A DNA stretch of 64,000 nucleotides. Source: a virus. The notes under the pieces were generated by a model. The model saw only the letters and a list, made by a program, of their open reading frames with translations. It was not told the origin of the DNA and searched no databases. The position numbers were made by a program, and so were the translations under genes. Positions 1 to 10,149 of this stretch are shown piece after piece. Where the stretch lies: positions 90,157-154,156 of IMG/VR virus record IMGVR_UViG_3300044816_000098; one strand, given 5' to 3'. Position 1 is the stretch's first letter. Each line of letters starts with the position of its first letter.

Positions 1-337
1 TGGTCTGTACCTTTCGGCATCCACCAGCGTTGACATGAACACCATGGCGCCGAACACCACCCCGGCGGCGGATGGCTCCACCCCGATCAACGGACCCGGC
101 CGCCCCGGACCCCTGGACGGCCAGCAGGACGCCGCCACTGCGGGAGGACCGGCTCCGTACAACGGCGCCGAGCCCTTCGGTACGCCGGTGGTCCCCACGG
201 CCGGACAGACACCGCCCAGCCCGGCGGACGCACTGATCGGCGGTGGTGGCATGTCGACCACTCAGCAGGTCCAGGCATTCCGCAGGATCGTCCAGGCGAA
301 TCTTCTCGCCGAGCGCAAGCAGGGGAGTGAGATTTAA
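1..337 (+). CDS. 3' end of a hypothetical Pro/Gly-rich head-region protein (starts before the window)
   Basis: Frame is open from the window edge to TAA at 335-337. Confidence 0.6.
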   Translation, partial: GLYLSASTSVDMNTMAPNTTPAADGSTPINGPGRPGPLDGQQDAATAGGPAPYNGAEPFGTPVVPTAGQTPPSPADALIGGGGMSTTQQVQAFRRIVQANLLAERKQGSEI

Positions 338-339
338 AA

Positions 340-1626
340 ATGACGGATCTGTGGACCGAGGCATCTCGGGACCTGGAGAGCGAGGGGCGTCAGCACGCCC
401 TGGAGATGGCCAAGCATGCGTCCAGCGGCATCTGGGGGTTCCTCGCGCAGGCGCAGAGCCCGGTGGAGTACGCGGACCGGCTCGACCTCGCTCAGAACCA
501 GATCGCGGCGGTGGCGTCTTCGACCGGCGCCCCGCTGGAGGACATCCTCGCCGTCTTCGAGCAGCGGTTCGCCCTGCTCCACGAGGCCGACAAGAACCCC
601 TTCGGTGACGATGACTCCGACAAGGACGACTCGGACGACGACGGGGACGGCAACGACGACGATGACGGCGCCAATGCCGACAAGGGTGACGAGACGGACT
701 CGGGTGGTGACACCGACGATTCCGATGACTCGGACACCAACGACGACGACGACGACGACTCGGATGACGACGGGGATGACGACTCCGACGACAAGGGCGA
801 CAAGGGCGACAAGGACCAGGACGACCCTGGCGTGAGCGACGACGGAAGTGACGGCTCCGCGCCGTTCCCGCCGTTCAAGAGTTCGGCCCGGTACGCGAAC
901 CTCCTGAGCCGCATCGAGTCCGGCGAGAACCCCATGAGCTGGGGTGGGAGCGCCCCTTTCGTCAGCAGCCCTAGCCGCAAGACAGCGGCCGGGGCGATCG
1001 ACGACACCGTGTCCGACTCCAACGTCCCTCAGGACACCGGAATGGACGAGGGGCCCTCTGCGGGCATGGGAATGCCTGCTGCACTGCCGGAGACCACCAA
1101 GCCCCGCCAGCTCCCTGCCGGGGGCACGGAGGGGCTGGACACCGGCGGGGGAGAGCCTTTGGATCCCGCGCTCAACGGCGGGGACATCGGTGCGGGTGCG
1201 GACAGCCCTCCGGACACCCAGCGGGAAGCGGCTCTGTCGCTGATCGTCAAGGAGGTCCAGCGGTACAACCCGGGCCTGTCCAACCAGCAATGCGCCAAGG
1301 TCGCCTTCCAGGTGATGTCCCGTTACCTGAGTAAGCAGGCCGAGGACCTCTCCCCGCTGCTGTACGGCGACCGGGGCGCGGTGCCGGACGGACCGGTCAC
1401 CGACGCGGTCAAGAAGTGGCAGCCGCCGGACCCGAAGGTTCCCGGCGCCCCCAAGGGCGGCGGTACGGGCACGGAAGCGCCTGGTGGTGGCGGAGGGATG
1501 CCGGGAGGCCCCAAGGCCCTCATGGGCGGCGGTGAGGCCGCCGGTGCCGCTGGCGCGGGAGAAGCGGCCGGTGCCGCCACGATGGGCGCCGAGGTCGCAG
1601 AACTCGCACCCCTGCTGCTGCTGTAG
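340..1626 (+). CDS. hypothetical acidic/Gly-rich putative head-internal protein
   Basis: 428-aa ORF with GGAG RBS, Asp-rich tract and MTDLWTEA N-terminus. Confidence 0.75.
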   Translation: MTDLWTEASRDLESEGRQHALEMAKHASSGIWGFLAQAQSPVEYADRLDLAQNQIAAVASSTGAPLEDILAVFEQRFALLHEADKNPFGDDDSDKDDSDDDGDGNDDDDGANADKGDETDSGGDTDDSDDSDTNDDDDDDSDDDGDDDSDDKGDKGDKDQDDPGVSDDGSDGSAPFPPFKSSARYANLLSRIESGENPMSWGGSAPFVSSPSRKTAAGAIDDTVSDSNVPQDTGMDEGPSAGMGMPAALPETTKPRQLPAGGTEGLDTGGGEPLDPALNGGDIGAGADSPPDTQREAALSLIVKEVQRYNPGLSNQQCAKVAFQVMSRYLSKQAEDLSPLLYGDRGAVPDGPVTDAVKKWQPPDPKVPGAPKGGGTGTEAPGGGGGMPGGPKALMGGGEAAGAAGAGEAAGAATMGAEVAELAPLLLL

Positions 1627-1633
1627 GAGAAGC

Positions 1634-2119
1634 ATGATCCAGGACGGCTGCCGGGTGACGTATACCGGCCTCGGGGAGCACCCGCTCGCCTTTGACGACC
1701 AGGGAACGGTCCTGGTCGTCTCCGGCACCGCCGCTCACGTCCAGTGGCGGACGGGTGCTCTCAAGGGCGGGGTATCCCTTGTGGATACCAGGGATCTCGA
1801 TCCCGTCTCCGGCAGCCGTCCACAGGCTGTGGAAAACGCTCTGGACGACTCTCTGGACATCGCGGGACTGGGTACCTTCACCGCCCGCCAGATCTACGAC
1901 GAGGGTGGCTCCGAGGCCCTGCTTAACGCCATGGTGGAGTCCGGCCACCTGTCGTCCTTCGGCAGCATCGCCGAGGAGGCCCTGACGCTCGTCGAAGGGC
2001 GTATCAGGGCCTCTGCGGACTTCCATGCCGTGACCAGCCATCTGGACGAGACCGAAGCCGATGAGCTGGTGCGTATGGCATCAGCCGCGCTGATCCGGGA
2101 CGCCTTCAGCCCGGACTGA
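1634..2119 (+). CDS. hypothetical protein
   Basis: AGGAG RBS before ATG 1634; fills the gap between neighbours. Confidence 0.7.
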   Translation: MIQDGCRVTYTGLGEHPLAFDDQGTVLVVSGTAAHVQWRTGALKGGVSLVDTRDLDPVSGSRPQAVENALDDSLDIAGLGTFTARQIYDEGGSEALLNAMVESGHLSSFGSIAEEALTLVEGRIRASADFHAVTSHLDETEADELVRMASAALIRDAFSPD

Positions 2120-2152
2120 TGTCCACCCCTTCACATCTCCCCGGAAGAGGTG
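2120..2152 (+). promoter_or_regulatory. putative phage late promoter TGTC-N20-GAAGAGGTG
   Basis: One of 13 copies with fixed spacing, all upstream of + strand genes. Confidence 0.7.
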
Positions 2153-2162
2153 GAGGTGGGTC

Positions 2163-5100
2163 GTGGCCAACAGGACATGCGAACGGTGCGGGGGAAAGGC
2201 ATCCCCGTGGATCCCGCGCAAGCGGAGCACCCAGGGGCAGATGCTCTGTGACGGGTGCACCCAGGTCGTGGCCCGGGAGCGTGTGTCCGCGAGGACCGCG
2301 AGCACGGATCCGGTGGAGGACCGCCAGCCCGCCGGGAGTGCTACCTCGGACTTCGGCTGGGACAACGACCTCGGGCCGGAGGGTGTCCATCCCCTCATGG
2401 CCCCGCTGCCGAACTCCATGTGGGAGCGCTTCTCCAAGAAGCAGGAGCTGCGCGGCAAGCCCCTGGTGCCCATGGCGAGCCAGATCAAGATCAACCAGAA
2501 GATGCGCGGCGAGAGCGGGGGTAAGACCGCCGCGCTCAAGACGGCGGACAAGGACCTCTCTCACAACGCGCATACGGTGACCCCGGGCAAGGTGATGACC
2601 AAGCACCTTGAGGAACACCACGATCTGCCTTACGCAGAGGCGTATGTCCATGGTTACGGCGCGAGCAAGCACCTGGAGCTGCACAACTCCGGCGCCGATC
2701 ACACCCATGACCCCTCTGGCGCCGTGGTGCCCAATGCTCCTCATGCACACACGAAGATGTCCGAGAAGGAGTTGGACTCCCACCTCACGGAGCACCACGG
2801 TCTGCCCGCCGCCTCGGTGAAGACGCTGAAGAATTTCCTGAACCCGGGACAGACCATGCATGGCCTGCATGCCGGGTACCACGAGGACCCCAATTCACCT
2901 GCTGCCCCCACGATCTCTCACAAGCACTCTGGAGAGGACTTCAGCAGCTCTCCTGAGGTCAACGGGAAGAAGCAGTCTCCTCACCCCGGCTCGATGACGT
3001 CCGGCGGTCTGAAGGCCCACCTGCTGGCCGACCACGACATGCCCGGCGACCACATCGCCAACGCGATCGACGCCACCGCCAAGGGCGCGATGCCGATCGA
3101 GACCATGAAGGCCCTGCACGACAAGGCGCACTCCCAGGGCATTGGGGTCGACAGTCACGAGCACGCCGAGGGGTGGGACCACCAGAGCTTCGTTCACCAG
3201 GACCCGCACGGGGTGGACGAGCACCTCGGACACCTCAAGCACGCCCACGGCATCGGGGACGAGGAGCTGGCCCAGAAGGCCGAGGCGTCCGGCGGGGACC
3301 CGGAGCTGCACCACCAGAAGCTGAAGGAACTCCACTACGACCTGCACGACCATGACGCCGGGTCGTACATCAAGCACGGGGCCCCGAACCACACGCACAG
3401 CGGGCACTCGGATGTGGGCCAGGCTTTCCTCGGAAGCAAGGGTGGGGATAGCGAGTACGAAAGTGGGGCGCATCTTCAGCATTCGCATGGACTGTTGGTG
3501 AAGGACCTCACCGATATCACCAAGTCGGAGCCCGACTACATCTCCCCGCAGCAGGCGTACGAGACGGCCCACGCGGCCCTCCACGCCAAGATGGGGGAGA
3601 ACGTCGATCACCAGCACGTGCCGACGATCAAGGAGGGGGTGAAGACCCCCGAGAAGATCGCCAAGGAGAAGATGGTCCAGCACTTCAAGGACCATCACCC
3701 TGAGGTATCCGACCCCGACCACATGTCGGTGGGCAGTCATGCTTCTCTCCATGACCCAGAGGCGTGGGGCTACAAGGGCCACCCCGGTCACGAGCACGAG
3801 AACGGGTGGGCAGGGAAAGTCGTCAAGGCCCTTCCCACGGAGAAGTCAGGGAAGCCCCTCACGCACGCTCACGCGTCGGACATGAGCCACAAGCAGCTCA
3901 AGGGCCACTTGATCATCGCCCACAACAACACGGGCGACGATCTGCACCTGAAGTCGCACAGTGAGCTGTTGCAGCAGCACGCCACCGAGCACGCGACCGG
4001 CGCCGCCACGAACCCCTGGAACGAGGGAGAGAAGCTCCCCGCGCACAACCACGGGATCTCGCAGAGCGGCCACGACGCCTTCGGGCGCAAGCTCTACGGT
4101 GGCGACGAGCCGGAGCCGAACGCCAAGATCCACCCGGCGGTCGAGGACGAATCCGGCGCGCTGGCGCACATCATTCAGCACCACCCCAACATCTCGGCAG
4201 AGACCTACGACACGTACAAGGGCGGGGACAACCCGCAGAAGTCGATGCAGAACTTCCACGCGAAGCTGCATGCAGGGAACACGGGACTCCCTGCGGCCCC
4301 TGACGGGCACGAGCACGCCGAGAAGCAGGGTCCTTCGACGCACATCCCCATCGGCTCCCACCTGGTCTCCCACCACGGGATGTCGCAGGAGCAGGTGGCC
4401 TCGATGTCGCCTGCGGAGTTCAAGGCCCACCACGAAGAGCTGCACACCCGACATGAAGAGGCGGACCTCGGACACGGCCACATCACGCCGGGCGGCAAGG
4501 TCCGGGGACCCATCGACTCCGCAATCAACCCGCACCACGCGAAGATGCGGGAGAACCCCGACCACCCTGCGGTCACCGAGTGGTACCACGGCACGAGCAA
4601 CGACTTCGAGGGTCCGCCGAAGAACGCCACCGAGCTGATGGAAGACCATTCTCAGTGGGGCAACTACGGCGGCGGTGACTGGAACAACCACGCCGGAACC
4701 CACTGGTCCTCGCTCCACGACATGGCGAGGAACTTCGGCAGCGGGGACAACCGGGTCGTCCACGCCAAGCTCCACATGAAGAACCCGATCACCTACAACT
4801 CGCTGAACCACATGTCCCACGACGCGTATGACCGTCTCCACGCGTCCGGCGACATGCAGGACGGCGGGGAGTTCCTGGGCAAGCACGACGACGACAACGG
4901 CTACAACGAGTGCTGCTCAAAGCCCCTGCTCCACTACGCCAAGGGCGGCCACCGCTCGGACGGCAAGTACGGCATGGAGCGGTACCGGGACTCCCTGCGG
5001 GCCTCCGGCCACGACGGGATCCTGGTCCGGAACCAGGCGGACGACCCCTCTGGCCACTGGAACGCCATCCCGTTGCACGCGGACCAGGTGGAGATCACCC

Positions 5101-6767
5101 ATGGGTCCTGCCATTTCGAGCACGGTGATGAGCGGGACAACGACGTAGCCGAGTTCAACGCCAACAAGAAGAAGCTCACGGAGGGCTGGGAGCACCCCAA
5201 GCACTTCGACTCGATGGCCTACACCAAGGGCAAGCCGCTTCCGGACGTTGACGACGTCACCGCCGCGCACGAGCGCAAGAAGCAGGCGCCGGAACCCACC
5301 CACATTCGGGAGGGCCGAGGAGAGCGCCGGGGTGACGCGAACCCTAATCTCAACGGCCGCGACCTCGGTGGTGGGGGTGGTGACGATGATGACGACTCCG
5401 ACGAGGACGAAGAGCACTTCTGCTCGCACTGCGACGAGTACGGCGACCACACCTCTGACAACTGCGACAACAAGTGGTGCAAGGTCTGCGACACCCACAC
5501 CTCCCACACGGCGGAGGAGGAGCACCCGTACTGCGATCACTGCGACGACTACGCCGACCACGACTCCGATGACCACGAGGACGAGTGGGGAGAGCACCCC
5601 GACAAGATGAAGAACGAGGGCTACTGCCCTCATTGCGAGGAGTCGACCAAGCAGAACTACGGCGAGGACAAGTGCACCTCCTGCAACGAGAAGCTGCCCG
5701 ACTGGGGCCACATGGCTTCGCACGGCACGCCGATCAAGAAGGGGCAGTACAACAAGTCCGGCCACTCCGCCATAAGCGGGACGAAGGTCGACGCCCTTGA
5801 CGAGGACGAGGACCCCGAGGAGAACTCTCTCGGTTACGGGTCCGGTCTTGCCGCGCACCTCTACCACCACCACGGTGCGGAGGTCGGGGGCAAGGAGTTC
5901 GACAAGGACGACGACTGGGACGAGGACGCCCTCGAAGCCCACCACGCCCACCTGCACCTCGATCCGGCATGGGCGAAGGACGCGGGTTTCAAGACGGGCA
6001 CCCACAGCCACAAGCAGAAGTTCGGGGAGTTCAAGAGCCACGAGTCGATGACTCCGCACGAGATCCACGCGCACATGATGCTGGGTCACGCAGGAGATCC
6101 CTCTACGCCGGGCTATGCCCCGATGGGGGACATCTTCAAGATGAGCCCCGACGAGGCAGTGAAGGAGCACCAGAAGCTCCACGCGACAGACGACGCCGTT
6201 CCGTGGGGGCAGAAGGACGAAGACGACAACATCAAGGCGAAGGTGGACCACCACCACCAGGTGCCTGATAAGCAGCCGTCGAACGCTCCTGCGGGCCATT
6301 CGCCGACCGGGGACGAACTGATCAGCCACCTGAACGAGAAGCACCTCAAGGTGCCGGTATCGCTCAAGTCCGCCCTGAAGAAGCACCCCGAGACGGCCGA
6401 TGCCCTGCACCAGCAGATGCACGACTGCAAGGGTCCCGCCGCGAGTGAGCTGGGCAGCAAGTACCACACGCACACGGCCAGCGAGGCGGAGGAGAACGCC
6501 GACAAGGGCGCCTTCCTCCAGCACCTCCAGGAGCACCACGGCTTCGGGGCCACGCACCACATGAACGAGCAGCTCCAGGGGATGACCTCCAAGGAGCTGG
6601 CCGCCCATCACGTCCAGGAGCACAACTCGATGTTCCCGATGGGTAACGACCCCGACCACAGCCACGCCAACAACGACCCGCACAGCGAGAAGTGGACCCA
6701 GCACGAGGCCCACAAGACATCGGCCCGGCTCTCCCTGGTCGACTACTTCCAGGAGGCGGCGGTATGA
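2163..6767 (+). CDS. giant His-rich repeat protein with ADP-ribosyltransferase (polyvalent-protein type) domain and Zn-binding CxxC repeats
   Basis: About 13 H-x4-H...H-x3-H...HxH repeats; WYHGT...GTHWSS...LHMKNP...GHDGI ART-like motifs (about 4580-5100); CxxC/H repeats about 5415-5700. Confidence 0.75.
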   Translation: MANRTCERCGGKASPWIPRKRSTQGQMLCDGCTQVVARERVSARTASTDPVEDRQPAGSATSDFGWDNDLGPEGVHPLMAPLPNSMWERFSKKQELRGKPLVPMASQIKINQKMRGESGGKTAALKTADKDLSHNAHTVTPGKVMTKHLEEHHDLPYAEAYVHGYGASKHLELHNSGADHTHDPSGAVVPNAPHAHTKMSEKELDSHLTEHHGLPAASVKTLKNFLNPGQTMHGLHAGYHEDPNSPAAPTISHKHSGEDFSSSPEVNGKKQSPHPGSMTSGGLKAHLLADHDMPGDHIANAIDATAKGAMPIETMKALHDKAHSQGIGVDSHEHAEGWDHQSFVHQDPHGVDEHLGHLKHAHGIGDEELAQKAEASGGDPELHHQKLKELHYDLHDHDAGSYIKHGAPNHTHSGHSDVGQAFLGSKGGDSEYESGAHLQHSHGLLVKDLTDITKSEPDYISPQQAYETAHAALHAKMGENVDHQHVPTIKEGVKTPEKIAKEKMVQHFKDHHPEVSDPDHMSVGSHASLHDPEAWGYKGHPGHEHENGWAGKVVKALPTEKSGKPLTHAHASDMSHKQLKGHLIIAHNNTGDDLHLKSHSELLQQHATEHATGAATNPWNEGEKLPAHNHGISQSGHDAFGRKLYGGDEPEPNAKIHPAVEDESGALAHIIQHHPNISAETYDTYKGGDNPQKSMQNFHAKLHAGNTGLPAAPDGHEHAEKQGPSTHIPIGSHLVSHHGMSQEQVASMSPAEFKAHHEELHTRHEEADLGHGHITPGGKVRGPIDSAINPHHAKMRENPDHPAVTEWYHGTSNDFEGPPKNATELMEDHSQWGNYGGGDWNNHAGTHWSSLHDMARNFGSGDNRVVHAKLHMKNPITYNSLNHMSHDAYDRLHASGDMQDGGEFLGKHDDDNGYNECCSKPLLHYAKGGHRSDGKYGMERYRDSLRASGHDGILVRNQADDPSGHWNAIPLHADQVEITHGSCHFEHGDERDNDVAEFNANKKKLTEGWEHPKHFDSMAYTKGKPLPDVDDVTAAHERKKQAPEPTHIREGRGERRGDANPNLNGRDLGGGGGDDDDDSDEDEEHFCSHCDEYGDHTSDNCDNKWCKVCDTHTSHTAEEEHPYCDHCDDYADHDSDDHEDEWGEHPDKMKNEGYCPHCEESTKQNYGEDKCTSCNEKLPDWGHMASHGTPIKKGQYNKSGHSAISGTKVDALDEDEDPEENSLGYGSGLAAHLYHHHGAEVGGKEFDKDDDWDEDALEAHHAHLHLDPAWAKDAGFKTGTHSHKQKFGEFKSHESMTPHEIHAHMMLGHAGDPSTPGYAPMGDIFKMSPDEAVKEHQKLHATDDAVPWGQKDEDDNIKAKVDHHHQVPDKQPSNAPAGHSPTGDELISHLNEKHLKVPVSLKSALKKHPETADALHQQMHDCKGPAASELGSKYHTHTASEAEENADKGAFLQHLQEHHGFGATHHMNEQLQGMTSKELAAHHVQEHNSMFPMGNDPDHSHANNDPHSEKWTQHEAHKTSARLSLVDYFQEAAV

Positions 6768-7507
6768 CCGGTCAGGTCGCCCTGATCAATCCCGGCGTGA
6801 TGGGACAGGCGTTCAAGGCGTGCCCAGGGCACTACCGGGAGTACCTGTCCCACCTCGGCAGCGACGTGAGTCCTGGCACGGTCACCTATGTCCAGGGGGC
6901 GTGCGCGGGCTGCAAGGCCAACGGCACCCACCCGCTGGCCGGGGACCAGTGGCCTTCGGTAGGAGACAAGATGAACGCCAGGGTCGGCTCGATCGGCAAG
7001 GAGGCCCACGACTCCGGAGACGGCGCCACGGTCTTCCACTGCCCCTTCTGCGGCTCCGGGCAGGTCATCGCCCGGTCGGACCGCACGATCGAGTGCGAGT
7101 ACTGCCACACCTGCTTCACCGTCCAGGTCCAGCCGGTCTTCCCGTCCTTCCCGCAGACCATCGACGGCCAGCCGATGCAGGTGCCCGGCATGCCCGGCCA
7201 GATCGGTGGTCCTCCGGCGGCTCCTGGCGCCCCTCCCATGGATCCAATGGCCGATGCCGGGGGAATGGACCCCGCAGCGGCTGGGGGCTTCCCTCCGGGC
7301 CAGGAGGACCCCGAGGAGGGTGCCGCGCCGGAGGAGGACGACGAAGCCGGGGGAGACGCTCCTCCGTGGGTCAAGTCTTCATTCCGGACCGCCACCGGCG
7401 CGCTCCTGACGGGGGACACCTACCTCAAGCACCTGGCGATCAAGTTCGCCGGGGAGAACAAGGACTCCGTGATCGAGCGGGTCCGTACGGAAGGGACGAG
7501 CCGATGA
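6764..7507 (+). CDS. Zn-ribbon protein with Pro-rich tail
   Basis: CPFCGS...CEYC motifs; GGAGG RBS; ATGA overlap. Confidence 0.7.
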   Translation: MTGQVALINPGVMGQAFKACPGHYREYLSHLGSDVSPGTVTYVQGACAGCKANGTHPLAGDQWPSVGDKMNARVGSIGKEAHDSGDGATVFHCPFCGSGQVIARSDRTIECEYCHTCFTVQVQPVFPSFPQTIDGQPMQVPGMPGQIGGPPAAPGAPPMDPMADAGGMDPAAAGGFPPGQEDPEEGAAPEEDDEAGGDAPPWVKSSFRTATGALLTGDTYLKHLAIKFAGENKDSVIERVRTEGTSR

Positions 7508-7713
7508 CCGAGAGCGAACAGCGTGAGCTGTACGTCGTGATCGACTACAAGGACCCCGAAGGTCAGGACCACGCCCGGGGGAGCAAGGTGAAGGTCAGCA
7601 CCGAGGACTCCCTCGCCAACGAGCTGCTGTACCGGGGAGTCCTGTCCCTCAACCCCGTACGTCGCCAGGCGGGCGAGAACTCCGAGCGCGTAACGGGGGA
7701 CAAGAAGAAGTGA
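7504..7713 (+). CDS. small hypothetical protein
   Basis: 4-nt start/stop overlaps at both ends; 69 aa. Confidence 0.65.
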   Translation: MTESEQRELYVVIDYKDPEGQDHARGSKVKVSTEDSLANELLYRGVLSLNPVRRQAGENSERVTGDKKK

Positions 7714-8042
7714 TCCCCGGGGAGGTCATCGGTCTGATCGGGGAGACTCCCTCGATCGTTCTGCCGGGACTGCCGACAGATCAGCACGAATGCCAGGGGG
7801 CGAAGTTCCACTCCCCTCGTCCGATGATCGTCCAGTCGTTCGAAATAGCCCGGTCGGAAGACCAGGATGAGATCGTTTACCTCTGCGGCACCTGCACGGA
7901 CAACGTCAAGGTGCTGCTGGCGTTGCTGAGGGCGCGCGGTGGCGATGTCCCCTGGACCGTCAAGCGCTGCTTCGGCAACCTCGTTCGCGGTGTCGCCGAA
8001 CAGGTGTACACCCACCCTGTGGAGGAGAGCCACCATGCCTGA
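7710..8042 (+). CDS. hypothetical protein (CxxC)
   Basis: GTGA overlap; LCGTC motif. Confidence 0.6.
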   Translation: MIPGEVIGLIGETPSIVLPGLPTDQHECQGAKFHSPRPMIVQSFEIARSEDQDEIVYLCGTCTDNVKVLLALLRARGGDVPWTVKRCFGNLVRGVAEQVYTHPVEESHHA

Positions 8043-10149
8043 GGACCCGACCCCGGACGCCTACCAGCAGGCCGCCTTCAAGCGGCTGGGGGCCACTGTG
8101 AGCCGGGGTCGGTCCTCCTCCTCGGAGGGCAAGACCGACGGGACCCCGGAGTCGCAGGAGATGCGGCGGAACCGACGGGTGGCTATGAACAAGACCGGCT
8201 CTGCCGCCACCCCGTCGACCGCCTTCGCCACCGGGCGCCCCCGGGACCCGTTGTTCTACTGGAAGCAGAACAACCTCCCGTACGAGACCGACGACGAGTC
8301 GCAGCTCAAGCAGCTCCGGATGTACTGCCGCCTGCTCTACCAGACGCACCCGGTGGTGGCCTCGTGCATCGACATCTACACGAAGTACCCCCTGCTGGGC
8401 ATGGAGCTGCGGTGCAAGGACGAACAGATCGTCAGCTTCTACGAGGACCTGTTCTTCAACGAGGGCGGGCTCAACTACGACGAGTTCCTCCTGGACGTCG
8501 GCCGCGAGTACTGGACCGTCGGCGAGGCGTGGCCCTTCGCGACCTTCAACGAGTCTCTGGGCATCTGGGACGACGAAGAGCTGCTGAACCCCGATGACGT
8601 CCTGGTGCAGCGCTCCGCGTTCCTCAAGGAGCCGCGCTTCCTGATCCGGCTCCCCGAGACCCTGCGGACCATCATCACCAAGCGCTCCCCCGCGTGGGAG
8701 TACGAGAAGCTGATGAAGGTCTACCCGGAGCTGGCCCGGTACGCCGGGGCCGACGACATGATGCCGGTCTCGAACATCCTGCTGCGGCAGATGAAGTACA
8801 AGGCCGACACCTTCGCCAAGCGCGGCATCCCGATCCTCATGCGCGCCATGCGCGCGATCATGCAGGAGGAGATGCTCAACGCCGCTCAGGACGCCGTGGC
8901 GGACCGTCTCTACACCCCGCTGGTCCTGGTCAAGTTGGGCGCCTCCGCGACCGACCTGGGCACCCAGGTGCCCTGGATTCCGACCCCGGACGACCTCGAA
9001 GACTTCATGGAGTCGCTGGACGCGGCCCTGGCCGCCGACTTCCGCGCGCTGGTGCACAACTTCGCCGTGACCATGGAGCCGGTCTTCGGCCGCGAGAACA
9101 TGCCCGACATGAGCGCGGACTTCGAGCGCCTGGAGGACCGGATCCTCCTGGCCTTCGGGCTCAGCAAGACCATGCTCTCCGGCGCCTCCTCCGGCGAGAC
9201 CTACGCGGCCGACGCGATGAACCGCGACCTGGTCACCCAGCTCCTGACGACCTACCAGGACATGATCAAGCGCCACTTCCACCAGCGGGCCCTGGTCGTC
9301 GCCGAGGCCCAGGAGCACTACGACTACGACGAGCGCAACGGCAAGCGCTACGTGAAGATGGAAGAAGTCCTCGAAATCGACGAGGAGACCGGCGAAGAGC
9401 GCATCGTGGAACAACCGATGCTGCTGGTCCCCGAGCTGACGATGCAGACCATGAACCTCTCGGACGAGTCCGCCGAGAGGGAGTTCCTGGAGGCCCTGCG
9501 CGCCGCCGGGGTGCCGATCTCCATGAAGACCCGCCTGATGTCCTCCGGCATCGACCTGGACGACGAGATCGAGCGCACCCAGGACGAGCAGGTCCAGCTT
9601 GCCGTGGCGGAGCAGGAGACCCGGAAGAAGATCTACCAGGCCCTGAAAGACAAGGGACTCCCGCTCCCCGACGACCTGAAGACCGACTTCCAGCCGATGG
9701 CAGAGCAGATGCAGCCCCCGGCCAACCCGATGATGGGGATGCCGATGCGCACCCCGATGCTGGGCACCGACGAGCTGGCCATGACCCCGAACCTCGCCCC
9801 GACCCAGATGGACCTGGCCGGGGACATGCCGTCCGGCGGGGTGCCTATGCCCGGTATGGACGCTCAGCCGGTGGACCCCTTCGCCGCTCCGGAGGAAGAA
9901 GGCACCCGGCCGGAGGAGAGCGACGAGCAGCGGGCCGGAATGCCCAAGCCCGCCAAGCTCTTCCGCCAGTCCGAGCGCACTCGCAAGCTCGCCCGCGAGA
10001 ACTTCGTTCCCGTGACCCTCGATCCCGACATCCCGGTGGGCGAACAGCCTCCGATGGGCAAGTTCGCTCAGCCGAAGGTCGTGGGCGTCCGGCGCCACAT
10101 CGAGGTCGATCCCGCGACCTTCTTCGACCCCGAACTCCAGGAGGCGTAA
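8035..10149 (+). CDS. portal protein
   Basis: HPVVASCIDIY, RGIPILMRA and LAFGLSKTMLSG portal-like motifs; GGAGG RBS. Confidence 0.85.
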   Translation: MPEDPTPDAYQQAAFKRLGATVSRGRSSSSEGKTDGTPESQEMRRNRRVAMNKTGSAATPSTAFATGRPRDPLFYWKQNNLPYETDDESQLKQLRMYCRLLYQTHPVVASCIDIYTKYPLLGMELRCKDEQIVSFYEDLFFNEGGLNYDEFLLDVGREYWTVGEAWPFATFNESLGIWDDEELLNPDDVLVQRSAFLKEPRFLIRLPETLRTIITKRSPAWEYEKLMKVYPELARYAGADDMMPVSNILLRQMKYKADTFAKRGIPILMRAMRAIMQEEMLNAAQDAVADRLYTPLVLVKLGASATDLGTQVPWIPTPDDLEDFMESLDAALAADFRALVHNFAVTMEPVFGRENMPDMSADFERLEDRILLAFGLSKTMLSGASSGETYAADAMNRDLVTQLLTTYQDMIKRHFHQRALVVAEAQEHYDYDERNGKRYVKMEEVLEIDEETGEERIVEQPMLLVPELTMQTMNLSDESAEREFLEALRAAGVPISMKTRLMSSGIDLDDEIERTQDEQVQLAVAEQETRKKIYQALKDKGLPLPDDLKTDFQPMAEQMQPPANPMMGMPMRTPMLGTDELAMTPNLAPTQMDLAGDMPSGGVPMPGMDAQPVDPFAAPEEEGTRPEESDEQRAGMPKPAKLFRQSERTRKLARENFVPVTLDPDIPVGEQPPMGKFAQPKVVGVRRHIEVDPATFFDPELQEA

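Noticed and set aside
8694-10148. Upstream extensions of track ORFs (8694, 11567, 20297, 55489)
   Set aside because: They overlap real genes in other frames; better starts with RBS or stop/start overlap lie downstream.
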